DNA from: Octopus sinensis
Lineage: Eukaryota
Direction: 5' to 3'
NCBI RefSeq assembly: GCF_006345805.1
Contig: NC_042999.1
Span: forward strand, 161,448,001-161,512,000
Length of the DNA stretch: 64,000 bases
Of this stretch, positions 25,849 through 40,164 are shown one piece after another (position 1 is the first letter of the stretch; each line of letters opens with the position of its first letter). The notes below the pieces were generated by a model, which did no database searches, had not been told where the DNA came from, and saw nothing but the letters and a program-made list of their open reading frames with translations. The translations under genes were made by a program, and so were the position numbers.

Positions 25849-25959
25849 ATCACGTAAGGCTAGAAATGGGAGCGGTGACTGAATTACAACGTGCTTGTCT
25901 CATAGAGAACATCTCCAGTTACTTTTGAGTACTCCCTCGGATGGATGGATGGATGGATG

Positions 25960-26039
<80 letters not shown>

Positions 26040-26040
26040 T

Positions 26041-28440
26041 GTTTCTTTATTAGCCACACAGGGCTGCACACAGACAGGACAAAATTACAAGGTAGAGCTT
26101 TTCTTTTGGGGGTAAAAGAAGGGGGTTTGGTTTTCGATCAAAGGGGATCGTAAATGGAAAGAAAGAGGACAAAAAAAGGGGGATAAAATAAAATTTTAAA
26201 AAAAAGGGGGAGGTGAGGAAAAAAACGGGAAAGGAAAAAAAATTGATGAGTAGGGATCGTTATCACAGAAATGTCAATATGAAGTGTAAAGGGGAGGACA
26301 GGTGAGGTTTACCCGTGGAAAGAAAAGCCTACGGAAAATACCACGGTAACCTCGGTCAATGAAGTCACATGTTATATTTCTTTTTTTTTTTTGCAAATAA
26401 GCAACTCTCTGTATTAATTTTTACGGTTCATAGAATCATAGTCAAGGTGTCTTCGTCATTCATACGTGCCATCCTTGCTACTTTCACCCATCTTTTTTAA
26501 AAACATTCACTAGACAAAACTTGCCTCTCTACTCTCACTTTCCTCTCCAAGTGATACTTGAAGAAGTTGATGAGAGATTGACCACAGAGGAAAGTGTTTG
26601 TCTCTAATCCTTTCAGACGCGTCCACCAGATACATTCTTTCGCCATAGCCACAAGTATGATAAAAATAGCTCTTCCTTCCCGTTTGAAGGAAGGAGGCGT
26701 GACGATATTAACGATAGACTCGGCTGATAAACCGACACATCCCACACGTGACATAAGCCCACAGGTCGGAGATTGTTGGACACTGCACGATTGCGTGCAG
26801 AGCGGTTTCGTCGCTCTGCCCGCATCTTGGGCAGGTCGGCCCCGTGTTTCTCGAGCCATGCCTATAGAGCTTATCCCGAACGGGTAGCGCTTCTCGGTAG
26901 CACCGCCAGGCCAGGGATCTCTGGAAGTTGTCCATAGGTCCCGGCCCGAAAGTCGTTTCAAACAGGCGGGTCAGGTATTCCTCGTCGACGCCCAGGTTTG
27001 CCCCAAGATCGTCGTCGTACCTCCCCTCCATTAATCCCCTATAGAATGCTTTGGTTATGTTGAAGTCACTCAAGGTCGATCCGGGACGGCAGAGTTGCTT
27101 GAGAGCAACGCGACACTCGCGGTGCCATTCGCCCTTCCTCGGCCTCTTTTTGATTCACGACTGCAGTTCGGTCATGGAGACGAGCTGCGGGAACGCGTGC
27201 CTCACAAACTGCGACCACACCTGTTCACCGTCGTCTACATAGAGCCGGAGATGTCGCAGTCTCAGCGCGTGTCTGCACATCATCAACCATGGCATACCCA
27301 GCCCTCCTTTTAACGGGTGTTGACAGCAAATGAATCGCCTGACCATCGGGACGCATCCTTTCCACAAGAAGCGGAAGAGAATGCGTTCTAGTTTGGTGAT
27401 GGTAGGGTCGGGACAAGGTACGACGGTCAGGCGGTAGTAGATGATGGACGTGATGTACGTGTTCGCCACCTCCGCCCGACCTTTTAGGGACAGTTTCCTC
27501 TCGGCCCATTGCTGGGCGAGAGTGACCACCCTACTCGTTATCTCGTTCCAGTTCTTCTCCTTTTGGAGGTCCGGACCGAACCAGACCCCGAGCAACTCAA
27601 CCGTCCAGCGTCTCACGACGGAGGTACTGGTGGACGGCATGGGCTTGCTTCTCCAGGTGCCGAGCCGCAAGCCCACTGACTTTTCCCGGTTGATTTTTGC
27701 TCCTGTCACCGCTTCGTAGTCTTTCAGTGTCTCGCCGACCCGCTCGATGTGCTCGTGGCTTGACACTATGACGGTGACATCGTCCGCGTATGCAGACACG
27801 CTCGTCCCGCATCTCAATTCTCGCGGGATGCCCCTCATAGTCGCCAGCTTCCGCAGTAGTGGCTCAAGAGTCAATACGTATAGAAGTGCCGAGAGGAGGC
27901 ATCCCTGACGGACCGAACGTGCAATGTCGAAAGGTCTCGATAGATGTCCATTTACGCGAATTACCGAACGGATGACTCTGTACAAGGCAGCTATCCAGCC
28001 GCGGAAGACGGGACCGAAACCAGCTGCTCTCAGGACTGCCTCCAAGTATCGATGGTCTACCCTATCGAAGGCTTTCGATTGATCCAAGTTGATCAGGGCC
28101 CCACCCATGCCAGGTTCCTTAACTACTCTGTCTATGATGTAGTGCATCAGATTGAGGTTGTCATGGATGCTCCGGCCCGGCACGGCGCACGTTTGTGCCT
28201 TGTTGACCAGTTTCTCGATGACAAGCGCCAACATCTTGGCTAACACCTTTGTCAAAATTTTCAGGTCTGCATTGAGCAGAGTGATTGGTCTAAAGTTATC
28301 TATAATGTTCCCCTTGTTTGGATCTTTCTTCAGCAGCGTTACGGCTCCTCGACTCACAAAACCGGGTATGCTCCCGTTTTACTGCCAGTTGCAGTATACC
28401 GCTGTCAAGACGTCTCCAAACAAGTCTGGCATACAATTGT

Positions 28441-28442
<2 letters not shown>
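26041..28442 (-). mobile_element. Tx1/L1-clade LINE, 5'-truncated (RT, C-terminal zinc knuckle, 3' UTR)
   Basis: NFRPITLLNADLKIL, LDQSKAFDRVDH, VRQGCLLSALLY, AYADDV, CPRCGQSDETALHAIVQCP. (GATA)n on both flanks. Confidence 0.92.
27155..28357 (-). pseudogene. Tx1-type ORF2 reverse transcriptase fragment (400 aa open)
   Basis: ORF track; YADD motif. In-frame stop upstream and frameshift downstream. Confidence 0.85.
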
Positions 28443-28505
<63 letters not shown>

Positions 28506-28506
28506 C

Positions 28507-28573
<67 letters not shown>

Positions 28574-29733
28574 CACGCGCATATATACATGCATACACAC
28601 ACATTCATAAAAATATATACATGTCTGTGTATGTTTATGTGTGAGAGCGTGCATCTGTACATTAAAAAAGGACAGAGAATTATAAACGAGAATTATTTCC
28701 TTCATTCAACAAGTCTCGATAGTTTTCTTTCCTCCATAATTTTCAGGTAGTTTCTACGTCAGCTCCAGAAGCGTGACGTCATAGACGGTTAGCAATGTAT
28801 GGATGCTCTAGTGTTATAATTGGTATCTTTTGTGTCGGATGTTATTTAGTTAGATGTTGTGTTCTTTCGAAACTGGTAGTTAGTAACTTTTTTAACTTTT
28901 AGTGATGTGAGTATCTGAGCGAGTGTTGAAGTAATTTATAGTTGTGTAATATCTTATAACTGCTTAAATTATTCTACTTCAGTCATTATTTCATGCATTC
29001 TTAAAAGCTTACCGTAACTAATGTACCTTGCTGGATGCACCAACGTTGTTTTTTGTTATTGATATTCTATTGTTAACTTGTTAGCGTTTTAGATAATTTG
29101 CTTCCTGCTAATATTCCTGGTCACTAAGTTCAAATCCTGTCGTGGCCGACTTTTTCCCTTTCCTTCTTTCTGGCTCAGTATCATACCAGTGCTGTACTGG
29201 AGTCAGTCCTGGATAGGGATGGGCTCTGTCGGGTTTGAAATTGTCACAAACAAAAGCACTAGAGTTTTACACTAAATAGGTTCTATATTCTTTGATCGAA
29301 TTCTGCTGAAATTGGCAATGCTTTTAATTTTTCCGAGTTCGAAAGAGTACTATTTTATTTGTTAAAGTCTATCTCGAACCTGGGGATTCTGGTTTCCGAG
29401 GCGGAAATGTGACTGATATCTCGAGACTTTCTTATGGGTGCTGCACCAGTTCGCTACAAGTTTAACTGTACCCCCGTCCCAGCAACTGCTGGTGCTCATA
29501 TCACTTGAGTAGTCTGGATCAACATAAAATGAAGCAGTAGAAATGTTTTAACAAGTGGAAAATCTTGAAGGATTTAGTGTCTAACTTTAGGACTGAAAGT
29601 TATACTAAACCCCGAACTGGAGTCCCCATCATTGTACTGAAGATACCCTACTCTTCATCGGGAATAAAAACCCGATTTTGTAAAAGCTAGAAGTTCAGTT
29701 GCTCATTGATCATGTGTATTAGCCTTTCATTAC

Positions 29734-29958
29734 CTTGCCAAAAAAGAACTTTAGTAATTGATCATCTTTATTTTCTCCCTGTAACTCAAATGAATCTATA
29801 CTCAAGACATTTAATTCTGGTTCACTTAAATAAACACGAAATGTAAAACAACTCACGAATGCAAACACCAAACGCAAACACCAAAAGATTGCATAATTGC
29901 CGAGTGTTTCTTTACTTTGCGGTGCTGAGTTCAAAAGCTCCAATGAAAATAGCCATAT
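29734..29958 (-). CDS. Candidate internal coding exon (75 codons, phase 0/0) of a multi-pass membrane protein
   Basis: Acceptor tttatttttttttcatag|ATA and donor AAG|gtaatg. Open frame IWLFSLELLNSAPQSKETLGNYAIFWCLRLVFAFVSCFTFRVYLSEPELNVLSIDSFELQGENKDDQLLKFFFGK; the other two frames contain stops. Confidence 0.6.
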
Positions 29959-30289
29959 CTATGAAAAAAAAATAAACGGCAGCTAGCCAGGTAGAGAGAG
30001 GGGGAGGGAGAGTTGGAGAGAGATAATATTAGATGATATTTTTATTTTAAAGGCGTTAGAAAAACTTGTCAGATGGCAACTAACTTCAATGCGAAAGACC
30101 ACATAGAAGTTAACATTTCAAAAAAAGAAAAAGTGGAGAAAATGATGTACTGCTAAACCTCTTCTTTTATAAAATATGATGGTAGTCTCTTGTAGTTCGA
30201 GAAAGACGGTTCTGCAATTTATTTCTTGCTGTACGACTTGCACAAATGATTTCCTTTATAGATATCAAATGTCTATGCTGTACATTAGT

Positions 30290-30482
30290 TCACTCCTTCC
30301 ATCAAATCCACGTTGCCTGAACAGGTGCACTATGCGCCACACATCAGGTCTCGAAGTGATCGCAGAGCAACGGGAGATGAAGTGTTTGGCCCAAGAACAC
30401 AACGCATCACTGGTTCCAGGAATTGAACCCACAATCTCGCGATCGTGAGTGCAAAAACCCTAACCGCTAGGTCATGCACCCT
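30290..30482 (-). mobile_element. tRNA-derived SINE (family D)
   Basis: Minus-strand head with GGGTTCAATTCC B-box, followed by GCGTTGTGTTCTTGGGCCAAACACTT. Confidence 0.65.
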
Positions 30483-30496
30483 TAGTTTATCAAATA

Positions 30497-30872
30497 TGCA
30501 GGAGTGGCTGCAAACCAACCACATGGTTCCGGGGCAAGTGTCTTCTGCTATAGCCCCAGGCCGACCAATGCCTTGTGAGTGGATTTGGTAGACGGAAACT
30601 GAAAGAAGCCTGTCGTATATATGCATATATATATATATATATGTATGTATGTGTGTTTGTGTGTTTGTGTTTGTCCCCCTAGCATTGCTTGACAACCGAT
30701 GCTGGTGTGTTTACGTCCCCGTCACTTAGCGGTTCGGCAAAAGAGACCGATATAATAAGTACTGGGCTTACAAAGAATAAGTCCCGGGGTCGATTTGCTC
30801 GACTAAAGGCGGTGCTCCAGCATGGCCGCAGTCAAATGACTGAAACAAGTAAAAGAGTAAAAGAGTAAAGAG
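30497..30872 (+). mobile_element. SINE family A (internal deletion in head)
   Basis: Similarity to other copies. Confidence 0.9.
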
Positions 30873-31769
30873 AGAGTATTTATAAAAGCAATAAATCTTA
30901 TAAAAAGGATGAACGGCGGAGCTTCGGAAAAATAACCACGACCCGTGATTAAAAACTCTTTCGAGAATTACTTTGACTTTATGTTTTGAATACACCTGTA
31001 ATTATTTTAAACGACAAGTGAAGATAAAATGATATGAGTAAATATTTATAAAATTCGCCATCTTGTTAAATTTAAATCGACAAAAATTTATTCAGATACA
31101 ATAATTTTTCCTCAAACGCTTTGCATCTTCCAGAAGGCCATACTTAACTCTTCCTATGACCGTTGTTTTGTTTCCTCAACTTTAGTTTTGTGAGAGTTGA
31201 CTTGTGTAAAGAAAGGAAAAAGTTTATTCAGACCAGAAACTCGGCCGAATGATTACAACAGAGTGGACTCCGCTAAGGATCAGGTTGTTATGTCAAAAAG
31301 GGCGACAAATTACAACCCCTTCTGTAGAAATAGTTTAGCTTAATGATAAATGAGACCTGTAAGGCTTAACTATATATCCTTAGAAGTCTTCAATACTATC
31401 CCTAAGACAGAATGGATTATGGGACTTACTACGATACTACATGGAGACGAAATCTTGAAATGGCTCCCTTATAACTAAACAGGTTATGGGGCTAGCTATT
31501 TTACGTGTTTTGCCAACCAATAAATGTTATCACACGCAACAAGGAGAGCGGTTTTATTCTTCTACTTATATAACTTACATCCTTATACATATTTACTTAT
31601 ATGTTGCATGAGACACGCCAATGCATCCAAGTCGTCCGAAGATAAATATGGTTAAACACATGTGTGTGTGTGTGTGGTGTGTGTGTGTGTGTGTTGTGTG
31701 TGTGTGTGTGTGTGTTGTGCAAACGGGCATTCAAACACAAGCAATAAGACAAAATAGAATAAAAACAAC

Positions 31770-31826
31770 AAAGAAGAAGAAGAAGAAGAAGAAGAAGAAG
31801 AAGAAGAAGAAGAAGAAGAAGAAGAA
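31770..31826. repeat. (AAG)n microsatellite
   Basis: Direct reading of sequence. Confidence 0.95.
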
Positions 31827-32321
31827 TGCCAAATGAAGGGAAAATAGTCAAAGAGGAACGAAGAGAAAGAGGAAAACACACACATACATATATATATGTA
31901 TATTTATATATATATATGTTGTGATATATATATATATATGTTGTGATATATATATATATATATATATATCTGTGTATATATATACAAATATGTATGCATA
32001 TATTTATGTATGTATTTGAACACAGAGGGCGAAAGAGTTAGCAATAGGTTGAGAGCGAGACAAGGAATCGGAGAGCTTGAAAGATACAGAATGTAAGAAA
32101 CTTATATGAAAAGGTAGGGAGAGGAAAGACAAAAAATGTGAACGGAAAAAGAGACACCAGCAATAGAGAGGAACATAAAGCGACAAATAAAGAGAAAAAG
32201 GAGAAGATGCTTGAAAGGAAACAGAAATAGAGACGGAGGGAGATAAACAGAAAGCGGCTGATTGAGAGAAAGAAAGAGGTTGAGATAGAGAGGGGAAGAA
32301 AGAAAGAGGTTGAGAGAGAGG

Positions 32322-32364
<43 letters not shown>

Positions 32365-34520
32365 AGGGAAAGTGAGTAAGTGAGAAACTATCCTTTGTGG
32401 TTCAAGCCTTTGTAAAATGCCAATATTGAAACGTCCAGTTCAGAGAAATCTGAAAGAACCGTGAAAAACCGTGCAAGTGAGCGGAAAATGTTTTACGTCT
32501 TTCCTGGTCACCTGATTCGTTGGTTCGTGCGACAATGGCAAAACAGTTCAAGCCAACATGGCTGCTCTATTAGCTACTGTCGTCTGCTTCAATGAGTTCA
32601 ACTCTAGCTCACTCTGTCTCTTTCCCTCCCTCTATCTACCTCTCTCTCTCTCTCTCTTTCTCCCACTTTCTCTCGTTTTCTCTCTTTCACTCAAGCTTTC
32701 TCTTCATATCGTTTACTTTTATAGAATATAAATATGTATGTGCGTTCGTGTGTGTGTATATATATGTGTGTGTGTGTGTGCGTGTGCATGTGTGCATGTG
32801 TGTGTGCGTGCGCGTATGTGTACAAAGAGAGAGAGACAGACAGAGAGAGAGAGGAATGGAGCTGATGATGATTATATAACATAGCATATATGTAAGAATC
32901 TACGTATGTATTAGTAGCTTTCCATTCCATTCACTTTCTCTCATTTTCTAGCCATCTCTCTCCCATCTCTCTCTGTCTCTCTCTCCCTCCCTCTCTTTCT
33001 CTCTCTCTCTCTTTCATTATACATATATATTGAAAAAGAGAAAGAATGAGAGGAAGAGAGAGGAGTCATATATAAATATATCTGTGTGCGTGTGCATATA
33101 TATGTATGTAGGTATATTTCTATCTATCTATATATATATGTGAATATCTTATATAGATAGTAACATAGTAGACATCATATACACACATAGTTATACACAC
33201 ACACACACACACATATATATATATGCATAACTACTTTGAGAGAGAGAAAGAGAACTACTTTGAGAGAGAGAAAGAGAGAGAGATGCATGCTTACATACAT
33301 GCATACATACATACATACATACATACATACATACATACATACAAACTAACTCTAACGCACATGGGTTTTGTGTGTGTACTTCTGTCTAGCTGTGTGCATC
33401 CTTTGAGTGTGTGAGAGCATGAGTAAGCTTCTACACGTATGTTCCTGTGATGCATCTGGTTCTGTTTGGTCAAGTGTTTGTGTGTGTATTGTATGTATGT
33501 GTGTGTATGCACACATATGTACCAACGTACGCACGCTTTAAGGAAACTTGGGGTGTGATAGTTGAACCATATACCAACATACAAACACATACATATATAC
33601 ACATGATTTACTAGCTGTGAATATATGTAGAATATATGTAACAGTGTATAAACCAACAGATACGAAACGTAAAATAGAATACAATTAATATTTTCCACCT
33701 GGTTTCACAGATTTTCTCACTTTCTTCGCTAAATTGCCTATATTTTTGGACACCATCTTTTATATCTTCATGCGTATGTGTGTGTGCGTGAGAGAGAGAG
33801 AGAGAGAGAGTGTGTGTGTGTGTGTGTGTGTGTGCTTTATGAGTTGTGTGTGAGTATGTGTACAAATACATGCATGTAGATAATACGCATAATTTACACT
33901 GTATATATCTTTATACATATAAATGAGAGTGCGTGTACACACAAAGACATTTATGTGTGTGTATATGTATTGTATGTATAAATACATATATACATACAAA
34001 TATATGCGTTTGTATGTATGTATGTATATACATATATATATGCATAAGAATATGTATATATGCGTGTGTGTGTACATATATATATATACACATACACATG
34101 CACTTTCGCGCGCACACACACAAACACACACCTTTCACCTGATATTGTTTACTTGTTCCAATCCTTGGACTGCTGCCATGGTGGGGTATCTCCTTGAAAG
34201 GGGTTTGTTGAACAAATCGAACGCAGTACTTGTTCCATTTTTTAAGCTTGTAACTTATTCTATCGATCTCTTATATCGGACTGCATCAAAAATATCTCAC
34301 AAGGTTTCCGTGCAAATTTTATTCATAGATTTCGGTCGATCCGACTCCATGCTACAAGTCAAGTGTGATTCAATTCAAAACCAAGAGGTCTTCAAGCAAA
34401 TTTCTAAATCACACAGAAAAGAAATGCGTCCGCTCTGTGTGTGTATATGTGTGTGTGTACGCGCGCGCGCATGTATAGCGGGTGTTCTTGTTGTTAATGT
34501 AATGTGCCGACACGAACATA

Positions 34521-34915
34521 TCTTTATATATAAAAGAGAGGTTGTGTGCTGTCTGTCTCCTACGATTTAGATTCCTAACTACTCCCACATTTTGCGGTGC
34601 AGTTTAACCAAAACCGGGTATCTTATAGTCGGGATTCATATCGAGCCCTTCTGGGTATTAGCGCGCGTCTATGATGAGTCTACGATTTAAAAAAAATTAC
34701 CATCAATTTTTCCCATTTTTAATGCATTTTTGGCATATATAAGGGAAGTAACTCTCTAAAAATTTATTATTAAATCTCAGAACGTAAAAAGCTACAGTAA
34801 CACCCCCCCCTTTGTGGTTAGCCATATTGAGATGGCTATTATACTTTACATCTCTAAAAATGCTTATATAGTTATTTCCCTTACAAACCCGAGCAACGCC
34901 GGGCGATACTGCTAG
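34521..34915 (+). mobile_element. Non-autonomous Helitron (family H1)
   Basis: A|TCTTTATATA... CCCGAGCAACGCCGGG...CTAG|T. Confidence 0.85.
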
Positions 34916-35229
34916 TTTATATAGGAAGCTCTATGAGGACGTGCTTGCGTGTGTGCAGGCGTGCATTTATGCGTGCTTTGTAAGGATGCATTTGTGCAAG
35001 TATACATGAGACGGTAAAGCGACGAACTTAACATAATCGTCCTCTGCTACCCCACCAGAAAATATTTTCGGCCATGATCAGACAGCGATCCTCTACAGAG
35101 CTTAGACGCGACTCACATGAGGACATTGATCATAACTCTGAATTTGGTGTTGCCATTACACTCACAAACACTATAGAATGCTTGATAGTCTTATTTACAA
35201 TGGTTTATTCAAGAGTAACCTTGACTTTG

Positions 35230-35890
35230 ACAGGCTGCCCGAGAACGGTGAGTTGGTATGAACTGTATCCAACCTAAATATCTATGAGTCGATATTTGCA
35301 GTGAAAACGTGTAAGGAGTTGAAATTCCAGAGGATTGGAGATCTGCAGAGGAATGACTAGGACAGATTATTGGTACTAGGCGAGCTGGCAGAAATGTTAG
35401 CACGCCGGGCGAAATGCTTAGCGGTATTTCGTCTGCGTTACGTTGTGAGTTCAAATTCCGCCGAGGTCGACTTTGCCTTTCATCCTTTCGGGGTCGATAA
35501 ATTAAGTACCAGTTACGCACTGGGGTCGATGTTTGTCTGTCCTTGTTTGTCCCCTCTATATTTAGCCCCTTGTGGGTAATAAAGAAATAGGTACTAGGCC
35601 TAGTGGGTAAGATGCGGTGATAAGAGGAAGAGGAAAGATTATGTACGGGCTTCGATGGAAGGGAGTAAGCAACAAGCTGGCTTACTGGAACAGATACCGT
35701 TGTCATAGAGATAGAATAAACACAGTAAGAAGGCATTGCGCATACGGTTGCAGATTATAGTGTATTGGTGACTAAGTATTTTTCCAATCAGTCGAATGAC
35801 CTGCTTTTGTAGGGTATTTTCAAGGTCTCCAGTCATTGAAGCAGTGCAGGTTTGATATGAGGTATCTAAATAACATATGGATAGCACCTG
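35230..35890 (-). mobile_element. Old L2/CR1-type LINE 3' fragment, interrupted by a SINE
   Basis: LQKQVIRLIG...RNAFLLCLFYLYDNGICS and RSPILWN resemble the L2/CR1 ORF2 C-terminus. Confidence 0.55.
35379..35589 (+). mobile_element. SINE family B
   Basis: GGCGAGCTGGCAGAA head, GAGTTCAAATTCC B-box, CCCCTTGTGGGTAATAAAGAAATA tail; short TSD GGTACTA. Confidence 0.9.
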
Positions 35891-35962
35891 TATTTGTGAA
35901 AGATAAGAGAGAGAGAGGAGAGAGACAAAGAGAGAGAGATCAAAGTGGTATCATCTGAATGA

Positions 35963-36192
35963 GGCGGCGAGCTGGCAGAAACGTTAGCATGCCGGGCGAA
36001 ATGCTTAGCGGTATTTCGTCTGCGTTACGTTGTGAGTTCAAATTCCGCCGAGGTCGACTTTGCCTTTCATCCTTTCGGGGTCGATAAATTAAGTGCCAGT
36101 TACGAACTGGGGTTGATGTAATCGACTTAATACCTATGTCTGTCCTTGTTTGTTCCCTCTGTGTTTAGCCCCTTGTGGGTAATAAAGAAATA
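35963..36192 (+). mobile_element. SINE family B
   Basis: 16-bp TSD GGTATCATCTGAATGA (35947-35962 and 36193-36208). Confidence 0.92.
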
Positions 36193-36247
36193 GGTATCAT
36201 CTGAATGAGCGCCGTTAGAAATGTTAACAAACGTGTATCACACACAC

Positions 36248-36371
36248 TTTGTCCAGCACATATGAAGAAGAGTGTATGAGACACAGGACACAACAGAGTT
36301 GATAGTGTATAGAGCACAGATCGTCCCGGAAACTCTAACGCGTTGTTGTGATCTTGTCAGATGACAACATT
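36248..36371 (-). CDS. Candidate coding exon of the minus-strand host gene: (E)CCHLTRSQQRVRVSGTICALYTINSVVSCVSYTLLHMCWT
   Basis: Strong acceptor cttcttatatctcttcttaccttttag|AA and a hydrophobic open frame. The donor AAA|gtgtgt is only moderate, so the 3' boundary is uncertain. Confidence 0.35.
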
Positions 36372-36616
36372 CTAAAAGGTAAGAAGAGATATAAGAAGCA
36401 GATAAGTAGCTAATCCATAAGGCTGACAAACATACCATAACCAATGGTTTCCAGACACACCGTTTCTTCTTTATGCCTCATTTCTCGCTTCTGTTTCTTT
36501 GAACTAGCTAGCTGTATACACTTCTAACATGGGTTCACAAAATGTACTAATCAATTAATTAATTAACAATGTGCTATAGAGTATTTGAGACGAGAATAAT
36601 TTTAAAATATAACATA

Positions 36617-36909
36617 CTAGCAGTATCGCCCGGCGTTGCTCGGGTTTGTAAGGGAAATAACTATATAAGCATTTTTAGAGAGTTACTTCCCTTATATATG
36701 CCAAAAATGCATTAAAAATGAGAAAAATTATGGTAATTTATTTTTAATCGTAGACTCATCGTAGACGCGCGCTAATACCCAGAAGGGCTCGATATGAATC
36801 ACGACTATAAGATACCCGGTTTTGGTTAAACTGCACCGCAAAATGTGGGAGTAGTTAGGAATCTAAATCGTAGGAGACAGACACACAACCTTACTTTTAT
36901 ATATAAAGA
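36617..36909 (-). mobile_element. Non-autonomous Helitron (family H1)
   Basis: Same TC / hairpin-CTAG termini. Confidence 0.85.
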
Positions 36910-37088
36910 TGTTTAAATAAGCATTTATTTATCCTTGCTGTGAAAATTAAACATGAATGCACCACAAGTGTTATGCTTCTTTCGACAAAGAGAACACCTT
37001 GATTCATTTTTTGTAAATGACACTTAGGTAAACTGTTGTTGAAGCTGTAAATGGATTTATTATTATATAATTACTCTTCTGCGTTTTG

Positions 37089-37440
37089 GGGATCTTTTCG
37101 GTTTGAACGGCAGTTTTTAACATTTTAAACTTCGTATACTGGTAGAATGTGTTTATAAAACATCTTTTTCTCTTGGCTTTATTGAAAAAATCTTCAATTT
37201 CTGCAATTTCAACCAATCAGTGACGTCTATTGAGTTAAAAAGCATTCTGTGCCGTATGAATATGTCCCTCGTTTAAGAAACAGATTGGGTTTATTTACAT
37301 TTGTGAAGAAAAAAAGATACCCTTCCCCCACCCCTAACCCTAACTAATCCTAACCCTAAAATAGATTGAAATGCAATAGATCGATTGTAGGGTCATATGA
37401 CACCGCTAGAAAAAACTGCCGTCCAAACCGAAAAGATCCC
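37089..37440. mobile_element. MITE-like element with ~30-bp inverted repeats and internal CCCTAA-like tract
   Basis: GGGATCTTTTCGGTTTGAACGGCAGTTTTT / AAAAACTGCCGTCCAAACCGAAAAGATCCC. Confidence 0.6.
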
Positions 37441-37632
37441 GTTTTTGTTCTAAAATCCATAATTTGAAGGGCAATGTATTATAAGGCATCTAAACTAAAA
37501 TAAAGTTGTTGAATTTTACATTTGGGTGTTTACGAAATATCTCCGTTTCAGCTTGAGTTTACTGCATGTTTACTATATAAACAAGAGTACTCAGAGAGCA
37601 CAAACCTCCGCCAAGGTAACACCAACGTCCTG

Positions 37633-40163
<2,531 letters not shown>

Positions 40164-40164
40164 A

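Noticed and set aside
35639-35890. 82-aa ORF with a strong-looking acceptor, as a host exon
   Set aside because: The peptide matches the L2/CR1 ORF2 C-terminal pattern and continues beyond the SINE as a LINE remnant.
36361-36378. Plus-strand micro-exon ending in AAG|gtaaga
   Set aside because: Longer versions have stops in all frames, and the donor is just the complement of the minus-strand pyrimidine tract.
37332-37359. CCCTAA repeats as an interstitial telomere
   Set aside because: Only about four degenerate units, lying inside a MITE-like element with inverted ends.
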